This document shows positions 1 to 9,897 of a stretch of 64,000 bases of DNA, piece after piece; within the stretch, counting starts at the first letter, position 1, and each line of letters opens with the position of its first letter. Origin of the DNA: Candidatus Binataceae bacterium (lineage in GTDB: Bacteria; Desulfobacterota; Binatia; Binatales; Binataceae); NCBI GenBank assembly GCA_035531615.1, contig DATKSQ010000092.1, positions 4,220 through 68,219 on the forward strand, read 5' to 3'. The notes under the pieces were generated by a model, which was not told the origin of the DNA, did not search any database, and saw only the letters and a program-made list of their open reading frames with translations. A program made the translations under genes and the position numbers.

Positions 1-262
1 CGGCAAGATTGTAAACCTCGTCGGGGCGGACCTGCTCGATAATCCGGCGCAGCCCCGTGCCGTCGCCCAGATCGCCGTAGTGCAATTGCAATCCATCGGA
101 GCCGGGCATGAAGCCCTTGCGCAGATGGTCGATACGCCCGGTCGCGAAACTCGAAGTGCGGCGCACGATTCCATGCACCTGGTAGCCCTTGGCTAGCAGC
201 AGCTCGGCGAGGTAGGAACCGTCCTGTCCGGTTACGCCGGTAATGAGGGCGACTTTGGCCAT
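1..262 (-). CDS. gmd: GDP-mannose 4,6-dehydratase, N-terminal part (runs off window)
   Basis: Manual translation from ATG 262: [39 protein letters not shown], the classic Gmd N-terminus. Absent from the ORF track because it is open-ended. Confidence 0.95.
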   Translation of the reverse strand, partial: MAKVALITGVTGQDGSYLAELLLAKGYQVHGIVRRTSSFATGRIDHLRKGFMPGSDGLQLHYGDLGDGTGLRRIIEQVRPDEVYNLA

Positions 263-301
263 TTTGCCTCGATATCGAGCGGCGCGCGCGAGGCCGCCGT
301 T

Positions 302-664
302 TCAGTCTCCACGGACTATGCGATGCGAATCGCTGTCGAAGTGCTGCGTCGAGAACTCATAGAGTTCCGCGTCCTCGAGCGCTTCCATCTGATGCACCAG
401 ACCGATCGGCACGTCCATACACTCGCCCGCCTCGAGAATAAACTCCTCGAGGGTGTCCGAATCGGCGGACTCCTTGATGCGGATTATTAACCGTCCGGCG
501 CGCAGGTAAAACGATTCGGTCTTGATCTTGTGAAAGTGCAGCGAGCAGCGCTTGCCTTTTTTGATTTCCAGAATTTTGCCGCAATATCGATCGTTGTTGG
601 CGATCCATACCTCGCGGCCCCAGCCCTTGGGCTCGATATGCACCGGCTTGCGCGCTCGATTCAT
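302..664 (-). CDS. Cupin-domain protein (sugar isomerase/epimerase-like)
   Basis: KGWGRE, SLHFHKIKTESFY and VHQMEALED cupin motifs; directly upstream of gmd. Confidence 0.8.
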   Translation of the reverse strand: MNRARKPVHIEPKGWGREVWIANNDRYCGKILEIKKGKRCSLHFHKIKTESFYLRAGRLIIRIKESADSDTLEEFILEAGECMDVPIGLVHQMEALEDAELYEFSTQHFDSDSHRIVRGD

Positions 665-967
665 CTCAACTCAATCCCCCTGCTGCAGATTCCAACGACT
701 GAAAGATTATGTCATGTGGCTCGCTCGGATTCATCATCGGGCGCACCCGCGCGCCGGTGCGGTAATCGCTGACCTTCCGGGCCGGACACGAGACGGTTAG
801 CCGGGCGCGGAACAACCCGCTGGCACGAGGTTGAAAGACGTACTTTGAGCCTCCTGCGCCTTCGGTGGCTCTTTGCGCAGGCAGCGAAGACGAAGGAAGG
901 AAGGCGCCCTGTCTTTTGAGAGGTGTAGCCGAGAAGAGAGTTCCCGCAGCGCAGGAACTGCCATTTA

Positions 968-2863
968 TCAAACCCTTGCTAAACGGCGTTTGGCTCTCTG
1001 ATCCAATACCTGTTGGTCCCCCCGGGCATGCGCAGGATCGGAGATTGCCGCCGCGCCCATCTCGTTCACCTGTATCGAGAAGCGGCGCAAGCTGATTGCG
1101 TGCCGTTCGGCAAAGGCGGAAAGCTGCCCGAGCCGGGCGTCGGGCAGCCCGTCGTCGGCCAGCAGCAGTTCCTGGAACGGCGCGATCGCGTAAATCCGCT
1201 CGAGATCGTCCAGGGAACCGAGCACCCGATGCCCGTGCATCACTTTGCCCCGCTTGAACGCGTCGTCATCGACAAACCCGATCATTCGCGCGCTTTGCCC
1301 CAGGCTGGTAAAGACGAAATCCGCGGCGGCGGCTGCCTTCTCGCTGGCCCCCACCACCAGCACGCGCTCGTCAGTGGCCGCAAGCTGGCTGATTCCCCTG
1401 CGAATCGCCTGGAAGGAAATCCGCGTCATCATCAGCAGGTTGAACAACAGAATCACGAACAGCACCACGATCGATCCCGAGAGCTCCAGCGGCGCCACGC
1501 GCGCCGCAAGACTCACAAACACTCCCGCCAGCACGGCGCCGTTGGCGAATCTCAACCCGTCGGACAGGCTCGTGTAGCGCCAGATGCCGCGGTAAACGCC
1601 CGCGATAATAAATGCCGGATAGCTCGCAAGCGCCACGTATGGAACCTCGCGCAGGATGCCTCCGATGGCGGCGCTGTCGAGATTGAAGTCGTGGCGCAGC
1701 GCCTGCGCGGCCAGGAACGCTCCGCTGATCAGCGCAAAATCGATCGCGGCTTCGATAATTCGCTGCTTGTAGCCGAAGCTGAGAATGAAGCGCGCGACTC
1801 CCCGCATGTGTCCATACGCCATCCCGGGAGGATTCGTCTCGAAGGTCAGATCCATCATGAACAGCGCCAGCACCGCGGTGGCAAGCACCAGAAATGGCAG
1901 CGCCACGATTACGTTTTCATGCGTCAGCACGTTAGCCGCAAAGCCGCACACGGCGCCAACCGCCGCCACCGCGCAGCATACGGCGACGGCGACCCGATCC
2001 GTCAGACCCAGAGAGAGCAGCCGATGATGCGAATGATCCGCGCCGCGATGCGAAATCCAGCCACCGGTCGCAAGCCGCGTCACGCTGACGATTCCCGTAT
2101 CGAGCAGCGGCACGATCATTACCAGGATCGGAAACGCGTACTTGGTAAGCCGCGAATTCGTCGCCAGCGCCCCGCCGGTCAACGCGAGCGCCCCGAGCAG
2201 ATAACCAAGCGGCAGCGCACCCGCGTCACCCATGATGATCGCCGCGGGGGGGAAGTTGAAGATCATGAATGCGCCGAGCGCACCCGCAATCGCAAGGCTC
2301 GGCATCCAGACCTGCGGCGCATGATGCATGAATCCCGTGACCGCGATCGCCGCCGACGCGACTATCCCGATACCGCCGGCCAAACCGTCCAAGCCGTCAA
2401 TCAGGTTGAACGCATTGGTCGTCGCCAGCAGCCAAAAAATTACCAGCGCGCCGTCAAGCGCGGGCCAGGGCGTCAGCGCATACGCCGGCAGCGCATACCG
2501 AACCGCCCACGCGCAAATCACCAATTGGCAGATAAATTTCTGATAGGGACGCAGGTCGATCGAGTCGTCGATCAGGCCGACAATCAGCAGGCTTCCCGCA
2601 CCGACGAGGATCCACATCGGCAGACTATGGACCACGGCCAAGCTCGCGATAATCGCGCCGATTATCGGCGCGCCGCCGAACTCTACAACTCGCTTCCGGC
2701 CCGAGATTGCCGAGCCGTGACTCGCAGTGATCCCCAACCTTCCACCGACAAAAATCGCCAATGGAAGAGTAGCGATTGCGACACCAAACGCGATCGCTAC
2801 GATTTTCGCGAGCCCATTAAAATGCTCGATCATCGCGAAAAGCCGACTATTAAATTGGCCCAC
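968..2863 (-). CDS. WecA/MraY-family undecaprenyl-phosphate sugar-1-phosphate transferase fused to a 4-TM plus Rossmann (CoA-binding-like) C-terminal region
   Basis: GLIDD, NAFNLIDGLDGLA, FNFPPA..MGDAG, ADHSHHRL; C-terminal GIWRYTSLSD and VLVVGA...GFVDDD. Alternative start ATG 2833. Confidence 0.88.
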   Translation of the reverse strand: MGQFNSRLFAMIEHFNGLAKIVAIAFGVAIATLPLAIFVGGRLGITASHGSAISGRKRVVEFGGAPIIGAIIASLAVVHSLPMWILVGAGSLLIVGLIDDSIDLRPYQKFICQLVICAWAVRYALPAYALTPWPALDGALVIFWLLATTNAFNLIDGLDGLAGGIGIVASAAIAVTGFMHHAPQVWMPSLAIAGALGAFMIFNFPPAAIIMGDAGALPLGYLLGALALTGGALATNSRLTKYAFPILVMIVPLLDTGIVSVTRLATGGWISHRGADHSHHRLLSLGLTDRVAVAVCCAVAAVGAVCGFAANVLTHENVIVALPFLVLATAVLALFMMDLTFETNPPGMAYGHMRGVARFILSFGYKQRIIEAAIDFALISGAFLAAQALRHDFNLDSAAIGGILREVPYVALASYPAFIIAGVYRGIWRYTSLSDGLRFANGAVLAGVFVSLAARVAPLELSGSIVVLFVILLFNLLMMTRISFQAIRRGISQLAATDERVLVVGASEKAAAAADFVFTSLGQSARMIGFVDDDAFKRGKVMHGHRVLGSLDDLERIYAIAPFQELLLADDGLPDARLGQLSAFAERHAISLRRFSIQVNEMGAAAISDPAHARGDQQVLDQRAKRRLARV

Positions 2864-2911
2864 TTCGGCCGGCTACAGGATAGATTTATGCCGTTCAGTC
2901 TGCAAGGGACG

Positions 2912-2917
2912 ATTATA
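2912..2917 (-). promoter_or_regulatory. Candidate internal sigma70 -10 element (TATAAT)
   Basis: Perfect TATAAT on the minus strand in an AT-rich gap upstream of the WecA fusion; no convincing -35. Confidence 0.35.
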
Positions 2918-3018
2918 GATAAATAGATTACAGGAGTATGAGTAAAAGCACAGGACAGAACCTAGGGTTTAGTAAGGTTTTTGCTGACCGGCTTAGCGTC
3001 GCTCGAACAGATGGAGAT

Positions 3019-4221
3019 TCAAGCCATCTCGCCGACTCGCGCGAGCATCGCGGCGAATGCGCTGGTTGCGATCCCGCGATCGAAGCGGTTCACCGCGAGC
3101 GCGCGTGCCCGCAGACCCATCGCGCGAAGTTCATCCCGATCCTCGGCGGCGTCGGCGATGGTCCGCGCCAGCGCGACGGCATCCCCGGGCTCGACCACGA
3201 AGCCGACGCGATGTTCGAGTGCGATTCGAGCGACTTCGGCCCCCGGCTCCATCATCGCGACGAACGGGCGTCCGGCGGCGAGGATCGCATAGACTTTGCT
3301 CGGCACCAGGCATCCCGCCGCACCGGGCATCAGGGGAATCAAGTGCAGGTCGGCGGCGCCAAGCGACTGTGCGAGTTCCTCCTTGGGGCGGTAAGGCAAG
3401 AACTCTACGTTGGCCAGGCCGCGCTCTCGCGCCAGCCTCACCAGGGCGGGCTTGCGCGCACCTTCACCGATCAGGACGAAGACGATCCGCGCATCGCGGG
3501 CCAGGCATGCGGCGGCGTCGAGCACGGACTCGAGTTGCTGCGAGAGTCCGATATTGCCCGAGTACATCACGACGAAGCGACCGCCAAATTCGCCGCGAAA
3601 CGGGTTGCACTCGAGCGGATGGATGAGCGTCGTATCGACCCAGTCGGGAATGACTGACACTTTCGCGGTGGGTACTCCCTTGGCGATTATCCGTTCAGCC
3701 ATGTCGTTGCCGAGGGTCACAATCGCCTCGCTGTGCTCATAGGCGAATGCGTTGGCGCGGCGCAACGTCGCTAGCAACGCGGGGTTTTTGAGCCCGCCAT
3801 TGGCGTAAGCAATATCGGGATAAAGATCGCGGACGTTATACACCAGGCGGCAACCAAAGCGTCGCTTGAGCATCGCCCCCAGCGCACCAAGCAGCGGCGG
3901 GTCGGTTGCCGCGATGATAATGTCCGGGCGCTCGAGGCGCCGGGCCGCGATCGCCGCGAGCACATAGTAGGTGGCCAAATTGGTGAGGCGTCCGGCGAGC
4001 CGGGTCTTCGAGAAACGCGTGCCGAAGGTCCGGATGATCTCGATCTCGCCGCGGCGATTGCGCGAAAGGAGCGCGCGCCGCGCCACCGCGCGATAGAGCG
4101 GTGGCCCCGCGATCACGGTAATGCGATGCGCGGCCGACAGATCGTCGCACAGTTCAGTAAGGAACTGGCCGGTCGCTTCGGGATCCGGCCAGAACGAGCG
4201 ATTTAGAAAAAGCAGTCGGAT
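3019..4221 (-). CDS. GT4 glycosyltransferase (WbuB-like), probable ATC start
   Basis: The frame extends upstream of the track start (4116) as IRLLFLNRSFWPDPEATGQFLTELC. It contains MYSGNIG and PSKVYAILAAGRP. There is an in-frame stop just upstream, and GGAG lies 8 nt before ATC 4221. Confidence 0.88.
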   Translation of the reverse strand: MRLLFLNRSFWPDPEATGQFLTELCDDLSAAHRITVIAGPPLYRAVARRALLSRNRRGEIEIIRTFGTRFSKTRLAGRLTNLATYYVLAAIAARRLERPDIIIAATDPPLLGALGAMLKRRFGCRLVYNVRDLYPDIAYANGGLKNPALLATLRRANAFAYEHSEAIVTLGNDMAERIIAKGVPTAKVSVIPDWVDTTLIHPLECNPFRGEFGGRFVVMYSGNIGLSQQLESVLDAAACLARDARIVFVLIGEGARKPALVRLARERGLANVEFLPYRPKEELAQSLGAADLHLIPLMPGAAGCLVPSKVYAILAAGRPFVAMMEPGAEVARIALEHRVGFVVEPGDAVALARTIADAAEDRDELRAMGLRARALAVNRFDRGIATSAFAAMLARVGEMA

Positions 4222-4279
4222 GCGACACGCTCCAGACGAGCGTCAGGCGGATATTCGCGATGAAATAGCGGAGTCCCGG

Positions 4280-5272
4280 TCAGGCCGACGCGGCTGCGCG
4301 CCGACTGCCGAGCTTGAGCCGAACCTGCTCTTCGATCCAAGCGTAGGTGCTTCTGAGACCCTCTTCGAGCGAGATCTCTGGCTCCCACTTCAGCACCGCG
4401 CGCAGGCGCGTGTTGTCGGAGTTGCGTCCGCGGACGCCCTGCGGGCCTTCAATATGCTTCTTACTGACCCGGATCGCCGCGATCTTCGCCACCATGTCGG
4501 CCAGTTCGTTGATCGTGACCATTCGGTCCTGTCCGAGGTTGAGCGGCTCACGATGATCCGAACGCATCAGCTTGTAGATGCCGAGCACGCAGTCGTCGAT
4601 ATAGCAAAACGAGCGGGTCTGCTCGCCGTCGCCCCAGATCTCGATTTCGTGATTTCCGGTGAGCTTGGCGTATGCGATCTTGCGGCACATCGCGGCCGGC
4701 GCCTTCTCACGGCCTCCATCCCAAGTGCCGTTGGGGCCAAAGATATTATGGAAGCGCACGATTCGCGTCTCGAGCCCGTAATCCTCACGATAATGTGTGC
4801 ATAGCCGCTCGGTGATGAGCTTCTCCCATCCGTACGCGTCCTGCGGCATTGCGGGATATGCGTCTTCCTCGCGCAGCGGGGTGACGTTGGTCTCGGTCTG
4901 CTTGAACTCGGGATAGATGCACGCCGAAGAGCTGTACAGGTAGCGCTTGACGCCGTTTTGATGCGCGGCTTCGAGGGTTTGAAAATTGATCATCGCGTTG
5001 TTGTAAAGAATCTGGGAATGATGCGCCGAGATGAACCCCATCCCGCCCATGTCCGCCGCGAGCGCATAGACTTCCTCGATTCCGCGAGTTGCTTCGAGGC
5101 AGTTTTCCCATCGCCGCATATCGAGCAGGCGGAAATCGTCGCATGCCGAGCGCCCGAATTCAGGTTGCTTGATATCGACCCCGCGAACCCAATAACCCTT
5201 CTCTTTGAGAAACGTGGCCAGAAAACTGCCGATGAAGCCGCCCGCGCCGGTAACGAGAACTTTTGTCGCCAT
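4280..5272 (-). CDS. NAD-dependent epimerase, GDP-mannose 3,5-epimerase-like
   Basis: TGAGGFIG, AADMGGMGFI, YSSSACIYP, DAYGWEKL, REKAPAAMCRK and GVRGRNSDN match the GME subfamily. Confidence 0.85.
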   Translation of the reverse strand: MATKVLVTGAGGFIGSFLATFLKEKGYWVRGVDIKQPEFGRSACDDFRLLDMRRWENCLEATRGIEEVYALAADMGGMGFISAHHSQILYNNAMINFQTLEAAHQNGVKRYLYSSSACIYPEFKQTETNVTPLREEDAYPAMPQDAYGWEKLITERLCTHYREDYGLETRIVRFHNIFGPNGTWDGGREKAPAAMCRKIAYAKLTGNHEIEIWGDGEQTRSFCYIDDCVLGIYKLMRSDHREPLNLGQDRMVTINELADMVAKIAAIRVSKKHIEGPQGVRGRNSDNTRLRAVLKWEPEISLEEGLRSTYAWIEEQVRLKLGSRRAAASA

Positions 5273-5317
5273 ATACTCTCCTAGCTGCGAAGATTATTTC
5301 AGTGATGCATACTGGAG

Positions 5318-7069
5318 TCAATTTAGCGCCTCGCGGGTAATAACGTATGAACCCATCGCCAGCAGATCCATCCGCGTGCGCAGAAAACAGTCCAAGGCTT
5401 CTTCCGGTTTTTGGACCACCGGCTCGTTTTCGTTAAACGAGGTGTTGAGCAGGACTGGCACTCCGGTCTGCCTGTCGAACTCGCGGATAAGCCCAAAATA
5501 CAGCGGATTCTGGCGCTCATTGACGGTCTGGAGCCGTCCGCTGCCGTCGATGTGTGTAGTCGCCGGAATAACGGCGCGCTTCTCGGGACGCACCGAGTAC
5601 GCCATCAGCATGAACGGTGACGGATGCGACTGGGTGAAGTACTCGGGAACCTTGTCCTCAAGAATCGAGGGCGCGAACGGGCGGAATGCCTCGCGCCGCT
5701 TGATCTTCGTGTTCAGGATTTCGCGCATCTCGGCGCGTCGCGGGTCGGCCAAAATACTGCGGTTGCCAAGCGCTCGCGGACCCCATTCCATGCGCCCCTG
5801 AAACCATCCGACGACCTTGCCCTTTGCGATCTCACTGGCGACCAGGCTCAGCAGCTCGGGTTCGATTTCGATTTTGCGGATCACGCAGCCCTGGCGCTCG
5901 ATTTCGCCGCCCGCCCGCTCGAGTAGCGCCGCGATTTCGGCGTCGCTGTACTGCGCGCCCCAGTAGGCGTGCTCCATCACAAACTCGCGCGGATGCGCTC
6001 CGGCTCGATGCCACGCCTGCATCGCCGCGCCGATCGCAAGGCCCGCGTCACCCGCCGCTGATTGTATATACACCTGCTCGAAGCCGGTGGCCGCGAGGAT
6101 CTTGCCGTTGGTCACGCAGTTGTAGGCGACTCCGCCCGCCAGACACAGATTGCGCATTCCGGTCGCGCGCCGCAGCGAGCTGAGATTGTCGAGCACAACT
6201 TCTTCGAGCCGGCGCTGCATCGAGGCCGCGATCGCGTGATGGCGCTCACCGATTGGCTCGGCGGCGTCGCGCGCCGGTCCGAGCCGCTCGACGACCCGGT
6301 CCGAGTACAGCCGTCCGATTGCCGGCTCGCCCGCGTCCCAGGTCATGTCGGCGGTCGAGCGGTGATGCAGGAAATAATCGGGATTGAGCGCGAACCCCAT
6401 TCGCCCGCCGCCGGGAGCGGTCACGATGCGCCGGAACTCGTCGAGCATCTCGGGCTCGCCGTACGACGCGAGTCCCATAACCTTGTACTCGTCGCCGTAG
6501 CGCGGAAAGCCGAGATACTGGGTGAGCGCGGTGTAGTAGATCCCGAGTGAATGCGGAAACGCGACCGCGCCCCACGGTTCGATTTTGCCGCCGCGTCCGA
6601 CGCCCCACATCGCGCTGGCGAAGTCGCCCAATCCGTCGATCGAAAACAGTGCCGCTTCCTCGAACGGCGAGACCAGAAATGAACTCGCCAGATGCGCCAG
6701 ATGATGCTCGACGCGGCGCACCTCGAAGCCGGCGCCCGCCGCGCCAAGCGCGCGCCCGGCTTCGGCGCCGATAGTGGCGAACCTGCCTTGCACTCCCAGC
6801 CGTCCCGCCGCCCGCGCCGGCATCCGCAGGGCATACAGCACCTTGCGCAGGATGCGCGCCCACGGGTCGCGCGCGACCGCGATCAGGTCGATCTCGCGCG
6901 GCGACGCGCCCACGGCCTCGAGCACATAGCGCAGCGCATGAGCGGGAAATCCGGCGGCGTGCTTGACCCGCGTGAAGCGTTCTTCTTCGGCAGCCGCCAC
7001 CAGCCGTCCATCGACGATCGCGGCGGCGCTGGCGTCACCGTGATAGGCATTGAGTCCGATAATCAGCAT
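5318..7069 (-). CDS. O-carbamoyltransferase (NodU/CmcH/TobZ family)
   Basis: HGDASAA, EEERFTRVKH, HHLAH, EYKVMGLASYG, GDAGLAIG, GPRALGNRSILADP, LLNTSFN. Confidence 0.95.
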   Translation of the reverse strand: MLIIGLNAYHGDASAAAIVDGRLVAAAEEERFTRVKHAAGFPAHALRYVLEAVGASPREIDLIAVARDPWARILRKVLYALRMPARAAGRLGVQGRFATIGAEAGRALGAAGAGFEVRRVEHHLAHLASSFLVSPFEEAALFSIDGLGDFASAMWGVGRGGKIEPWGAVAFPHSLGIYYTALTQYLGFPRYGDEYKVMGLASYGEPEMLDEFRRIVTAPGGGRMGFALNPDYFLHHRSTADMTWDAGEPAIGRLYSDRVVERLGPARDAAEPIGERHHAIAASMQRRLEEVVLDNLSSLRRATGMRNLCLAGGVAYNCVTNGKILAATGFEQVYIQSAAGDAGLAIGAAMQAWHRAGAHPREFVMEHAYWGAQYSDAEIAALLERAGGEIERQGCVIRKIEIEPELLSLVASEIAKGKVVGWFQGRMEWGPRALGNRSILADPRRAEMREILNTKIKRREAFRPFAPSILEDKVPEYFTQSHPSPFMLMAYSVRPEKRAVIPATTHIDGSGRLQTVNERQNPLYFGLIREFDRQTGVPVLLNTSFNENEPVVQKPEEALDCFLRTRMDLLAMGSYVITREALN

Positions 7070-7100
7070 TCAAGCATCCGGTGCCGCATCGATGCGCGCC

Positions 7101-8339
7101 TCAGAGCGCGCCCGGCGCGCGTGCGATCGCGGATTCGCGGGGGCCGTCGCATCGGCCGAGCAGGTCACGGTAGCATCGCATCATATCGCGCGCGCATCGC
7201 TCCCACGAAAACTTGTCAATCATCCAAGCCCGCCCGCGCGCGCCCATCGCGGCTCGCGGCATCACCGCGATCCGTTCGAGCGCCGCCGCAAGGCTCGCCG
7301 CGTCGTTGGCGACCCAAAGCCCGCAGCCGTGCGTTTCAAGCTCGGCCCACGGCGTGCCGTGGCTCGCGATGACCGGGACCTCGCGCGCGAGAGCCTCCGC
7401 GATCACGATGCCGAAGTTTTCGGTGAATGACGGCGCCACGATCACGTCGCGATCGGCGAACCATCGCTCCTTGGCATCGTCCCGCACATCGCCGGACATA
7501 AGCACGTCGATACGTGCTGAAAGTGCGGCCACCCGCACAGAGAGCCTTCGTTCGTAGGCCGGCGCTCCGCTTCCGGCTATAGCGAGCGAAAAGGAAATCC
7601 TTCCGCGCTCGGCAAGCAACACGCACGCCTCGAGCAGGTTCTCGATTCCTTTCTTCGGATCGAGCCGGCCGATGAATCCAATGCGGAGCCGGTCCGCCGA
7701 TTCCAGACGCACCGCGCGCTCCGGAATCTCAACCCCATTGGGGACGATTATCCGGGCCGCGTTCGGAAACCGATCCGCGCACTCGCGCGCCTCATCTCGC
7801 GAAGTCAGGTGTAACGTCCACCGGCGCGGCGCGATCGCGCCAGAGATTTTTTCCCACAGCGACTTGAGCTTCACCCGCCGCGAGCCCGGCCATCGTTGCA
7901 ACGCGCCGTGCGGAGTCCATACGACGGGACGGCCCGCAAGCCGCGCCGCCGCGAGGGTGGGGATGCTCGGGAACGAATACGCCGCGTGCAGATGCACGAG
8001 ATCGGCCCAGCGGACCATCGCGGGTAGCCGCGCGAGCATCGCAGGCGCAACCGACTTCGCCGCGCGCCGAGCGCAGTAGATTGCCTCGACACCGAACGCG
8101 CCCGAGTATTGCGCGCGCGCCCGCGGCGGCAGGCGGCGATGCTCTCCGTTGGCATCGGTGGTCAGCACGCGAACGCAGGCCCCCGCGCAAGCCAGATGAC
8201 GCGTCAGGTGGAAAACGGCCTCGACCAGACCGCCGTACGACCACGCCGGTGCATAGTGCGGCGTGACGTGCAGCACGCGCAGTGCGCGCTGGGATGCGGG
8301 AGTGTCCGAGCCGGATTCCTGCTTGCGCAAAAACGTCAC
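7101..8339 (-). CDS. GT4 glycosyltransferase
   Basis: RVLHVTPHY..AWSYGG, FIGRLDPKKG, ENFGIVIAEALA. GTG 8339 chosen to avoid overlap with the upstream gene. Confidence 0.9.
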   Translation of the reverse strand: MTFLRKQESGSDTPASQRALRVLHVTPHYAPAWSYGGLVEAVFHLTRHLACAGACVRVLTTDANGEHRRLPPRARAQYSGAFGVEAIYCARRAAKSVAPAMLARLPAMVRWADLVHLHAAYSFPSIPTLAAARLAGRPVVWTPHGALQRWPGSRRVKLKSLWEKISGAIAPRRWTLHLTSRDEARECADRFPNAARIIVPNGVEIPERAVRLESADRLRIGFIGRLDPKKGIENLLEACVLLAERGRISFSLAIAGSGAPAYERRLSVRVAALSARIDVLMSGDVRDDAKERWFADRDVIVAPSFTENFGIVIAEALAREVPVIASHGTPWAELETHGCGLWVANDAASLAAALERIAVMPRAAMGARGRAWMIDKFSWERCARDMMRCYRDLLGRCDGPRESAIARAPGAL

Positions 8340-8367
8340 GCCTATGCCCGGCGAACCGCGGTCGTCC

Positions 8368-9897
8368 TCACGCCTGCTGAGGCGCGGCATATGCGGCGGT
8401 GCGCTGATCAAGTCCAGACAGTTCGAAGTGCAGCAACATAACGAACAGATTGATCCCAAACAGATAAACCAGCGTCCACGGAATACCCCCGAAGACCATC
8501 GAGGTTCCGCCTTCGATATCGAACAGTGAACTGACGATAAATACCGCGGCGATTAGAGCGCCAAATCCCATCTCAGGATGGATGAACATGCCGAGCAGCG
8601 CGCGATAAATCATCCCGATAATGAACATCCCGATATATACGCCGAATCTTCCGAAGTTGGCGTACTGTTCAACCACCTGGGGAAGATTTATCGAGGTGCC
8701 GGGATCGTCCAAGCCGGTATATCCATAGCGATGGCCGAACGTGCGGCCCGTCACTTCTTCCGGCTTGTCGGGCCAGACGAATCGCGGTATCGGCTTAGCC
8801 AGCAGCGGGTAATAGGTTACTCCGCCCCAGTACGGAATAATCGAAGGCGTCTGCGCCATCACGTCGGCGAGCGTCGGAAACATCGAGAGCCGCCCGCCCG
8901 CCATCTGGATCAGCGTATCGGGTGGAACCTCGCCGCCCACGGTCGTCCGATAGACAAGATTGGACATATACTCGGCTTTTTGCAGGCTGGACGCGCCGTA
9001 GAGTTCCCCGCTCGGCGACCAGGTAGCTTCGCGATACGGCATTTCGAGCGGCCGGATCACGAAGATTGCCGCGGTCCCAACGAAGACTAGAACCCATGGA
9101 ATCCGATGCGACATCGCCGCGTACATAAGCACCAGGGTAAAGGTGATTACGATCATGCCACCGGAACCGGCGGCCAGCAGCAGACCGATCCCGAGCCGCA
9201 GCGGCACCAGCACCGCGAGGAACAGCAACGCCGAAACCCGACCGAGCCGCCCCATCCACCAAAGACCAAGCACCGCGCAGACGCCAATTGTGCAGGTGTT
9301 CTGCGCATAGCCTTGTACCTGAGCGAGTGATGTCGGTAACCCCGGAATCCTGACTACCGCGAACACCAAACCGCCGATAGCCATTATCACCGCGGCCAGT
9401 TTCACGGCGCGAGCGTCAGTCCACTTCATCCGGAAGCGCGGCGTAATCGAATTAAGCGGAGTCCACGGAAATGCGTAGTAACCGGCTAACATGCAAACCA
9501 TCCCGGCTATCGAAAGGCGCAGCGCAGCTTCAACCCACCGCGACGACACATCCTGCTGGTACACATTGCCGGCGAATTTTTCGAGCAGAAAGACCCCGAA
9601 CCCATATACGTAAAAGTAAAGCAAGCTGATCAGTACGATGAACGGAGGATTGCGATCGATACCAAGCCGCCATAGCCACAGCGGCACCGCCAGGATGACG
9701 ATCATCAGCGAAGCGTAGAGACGTTCGGCGGGCGTGCTATGCTCGGGCGCAAAGTAGTTTAGCGCCGCGATGATCCCGGCGAAGACCGCGACGGTTACGG
9801 CCTGGCGCAGAATTGTAAACTCAGCGCCCCGGCGCTCTGCAATGCGCCGATAGATATCGCCGGGCATCCGGTGGAACTGGTCAGGGCCGTCGTTCAT
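8368..9897 (-). CDS. Multi-pass membrane protein, probable Wzy polymerase
   Basis: About 11-12 hydrophobic segments with a large loop (PIPRFVWPDKP, YANFGRFGV); position within a Wzx locus. Confidence 0.7.
   Translation of the reverse strand: MNDGPDQFHRMPGDIYRRIAERRGAEFTILRQAVTVAVFAGIIAALNYFAPEHSTPAERLYASLMIVILAVPLWLWRLGIDRNPPFIVLISLLYFYVYGFGVFLLEKFAGNVYQQDVSSRWVEAALRLSIAGMVCMLAGYYAFPWTPLNSITPRFRMKWTDARAVKLAAVIMAIGGLVFAVVRIPGLPTSLAQVQGYAQNTCTIGVCAVLGLWWMGRLGRVSALLFLAVLVPLRLGIGLLLAAGSGGMIVITFTLVLMYAAMSHRIPWVLVFVGTAAIFVIRPLEMPYREATWSPSGELYGASSLQKAEYMSNLVYRTTVGGEVPPDTLIQMAGGRLSMFPTLADVMAQTPSIIPYWGGVTYYPLLAKPIPRFVWPDKPEEVTGRTFGHRYGYTGLDDPGTSINLPQVVEQYANFGRFGVYIGMFIIGMIYRALLGMFIHPEMGFGALIAAVFIVSSLFDIEGGTSMVFGGIPWTLVYLFGINLFVMLLHFELSGLDQRTAAYAAPQQA

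Noticed and set aside
1013-2926. Long antisense or alternate-frame ORFs (e.g. 1013..2926+, 13036..14118-, 20528..21823-, 41823..42881+, 48830..50460+, 60049..61224+)
   Set aside because: Arg/Ala/Pro-rich shadow frames overlapping well-supported genes, as expected in high-GC DNA.
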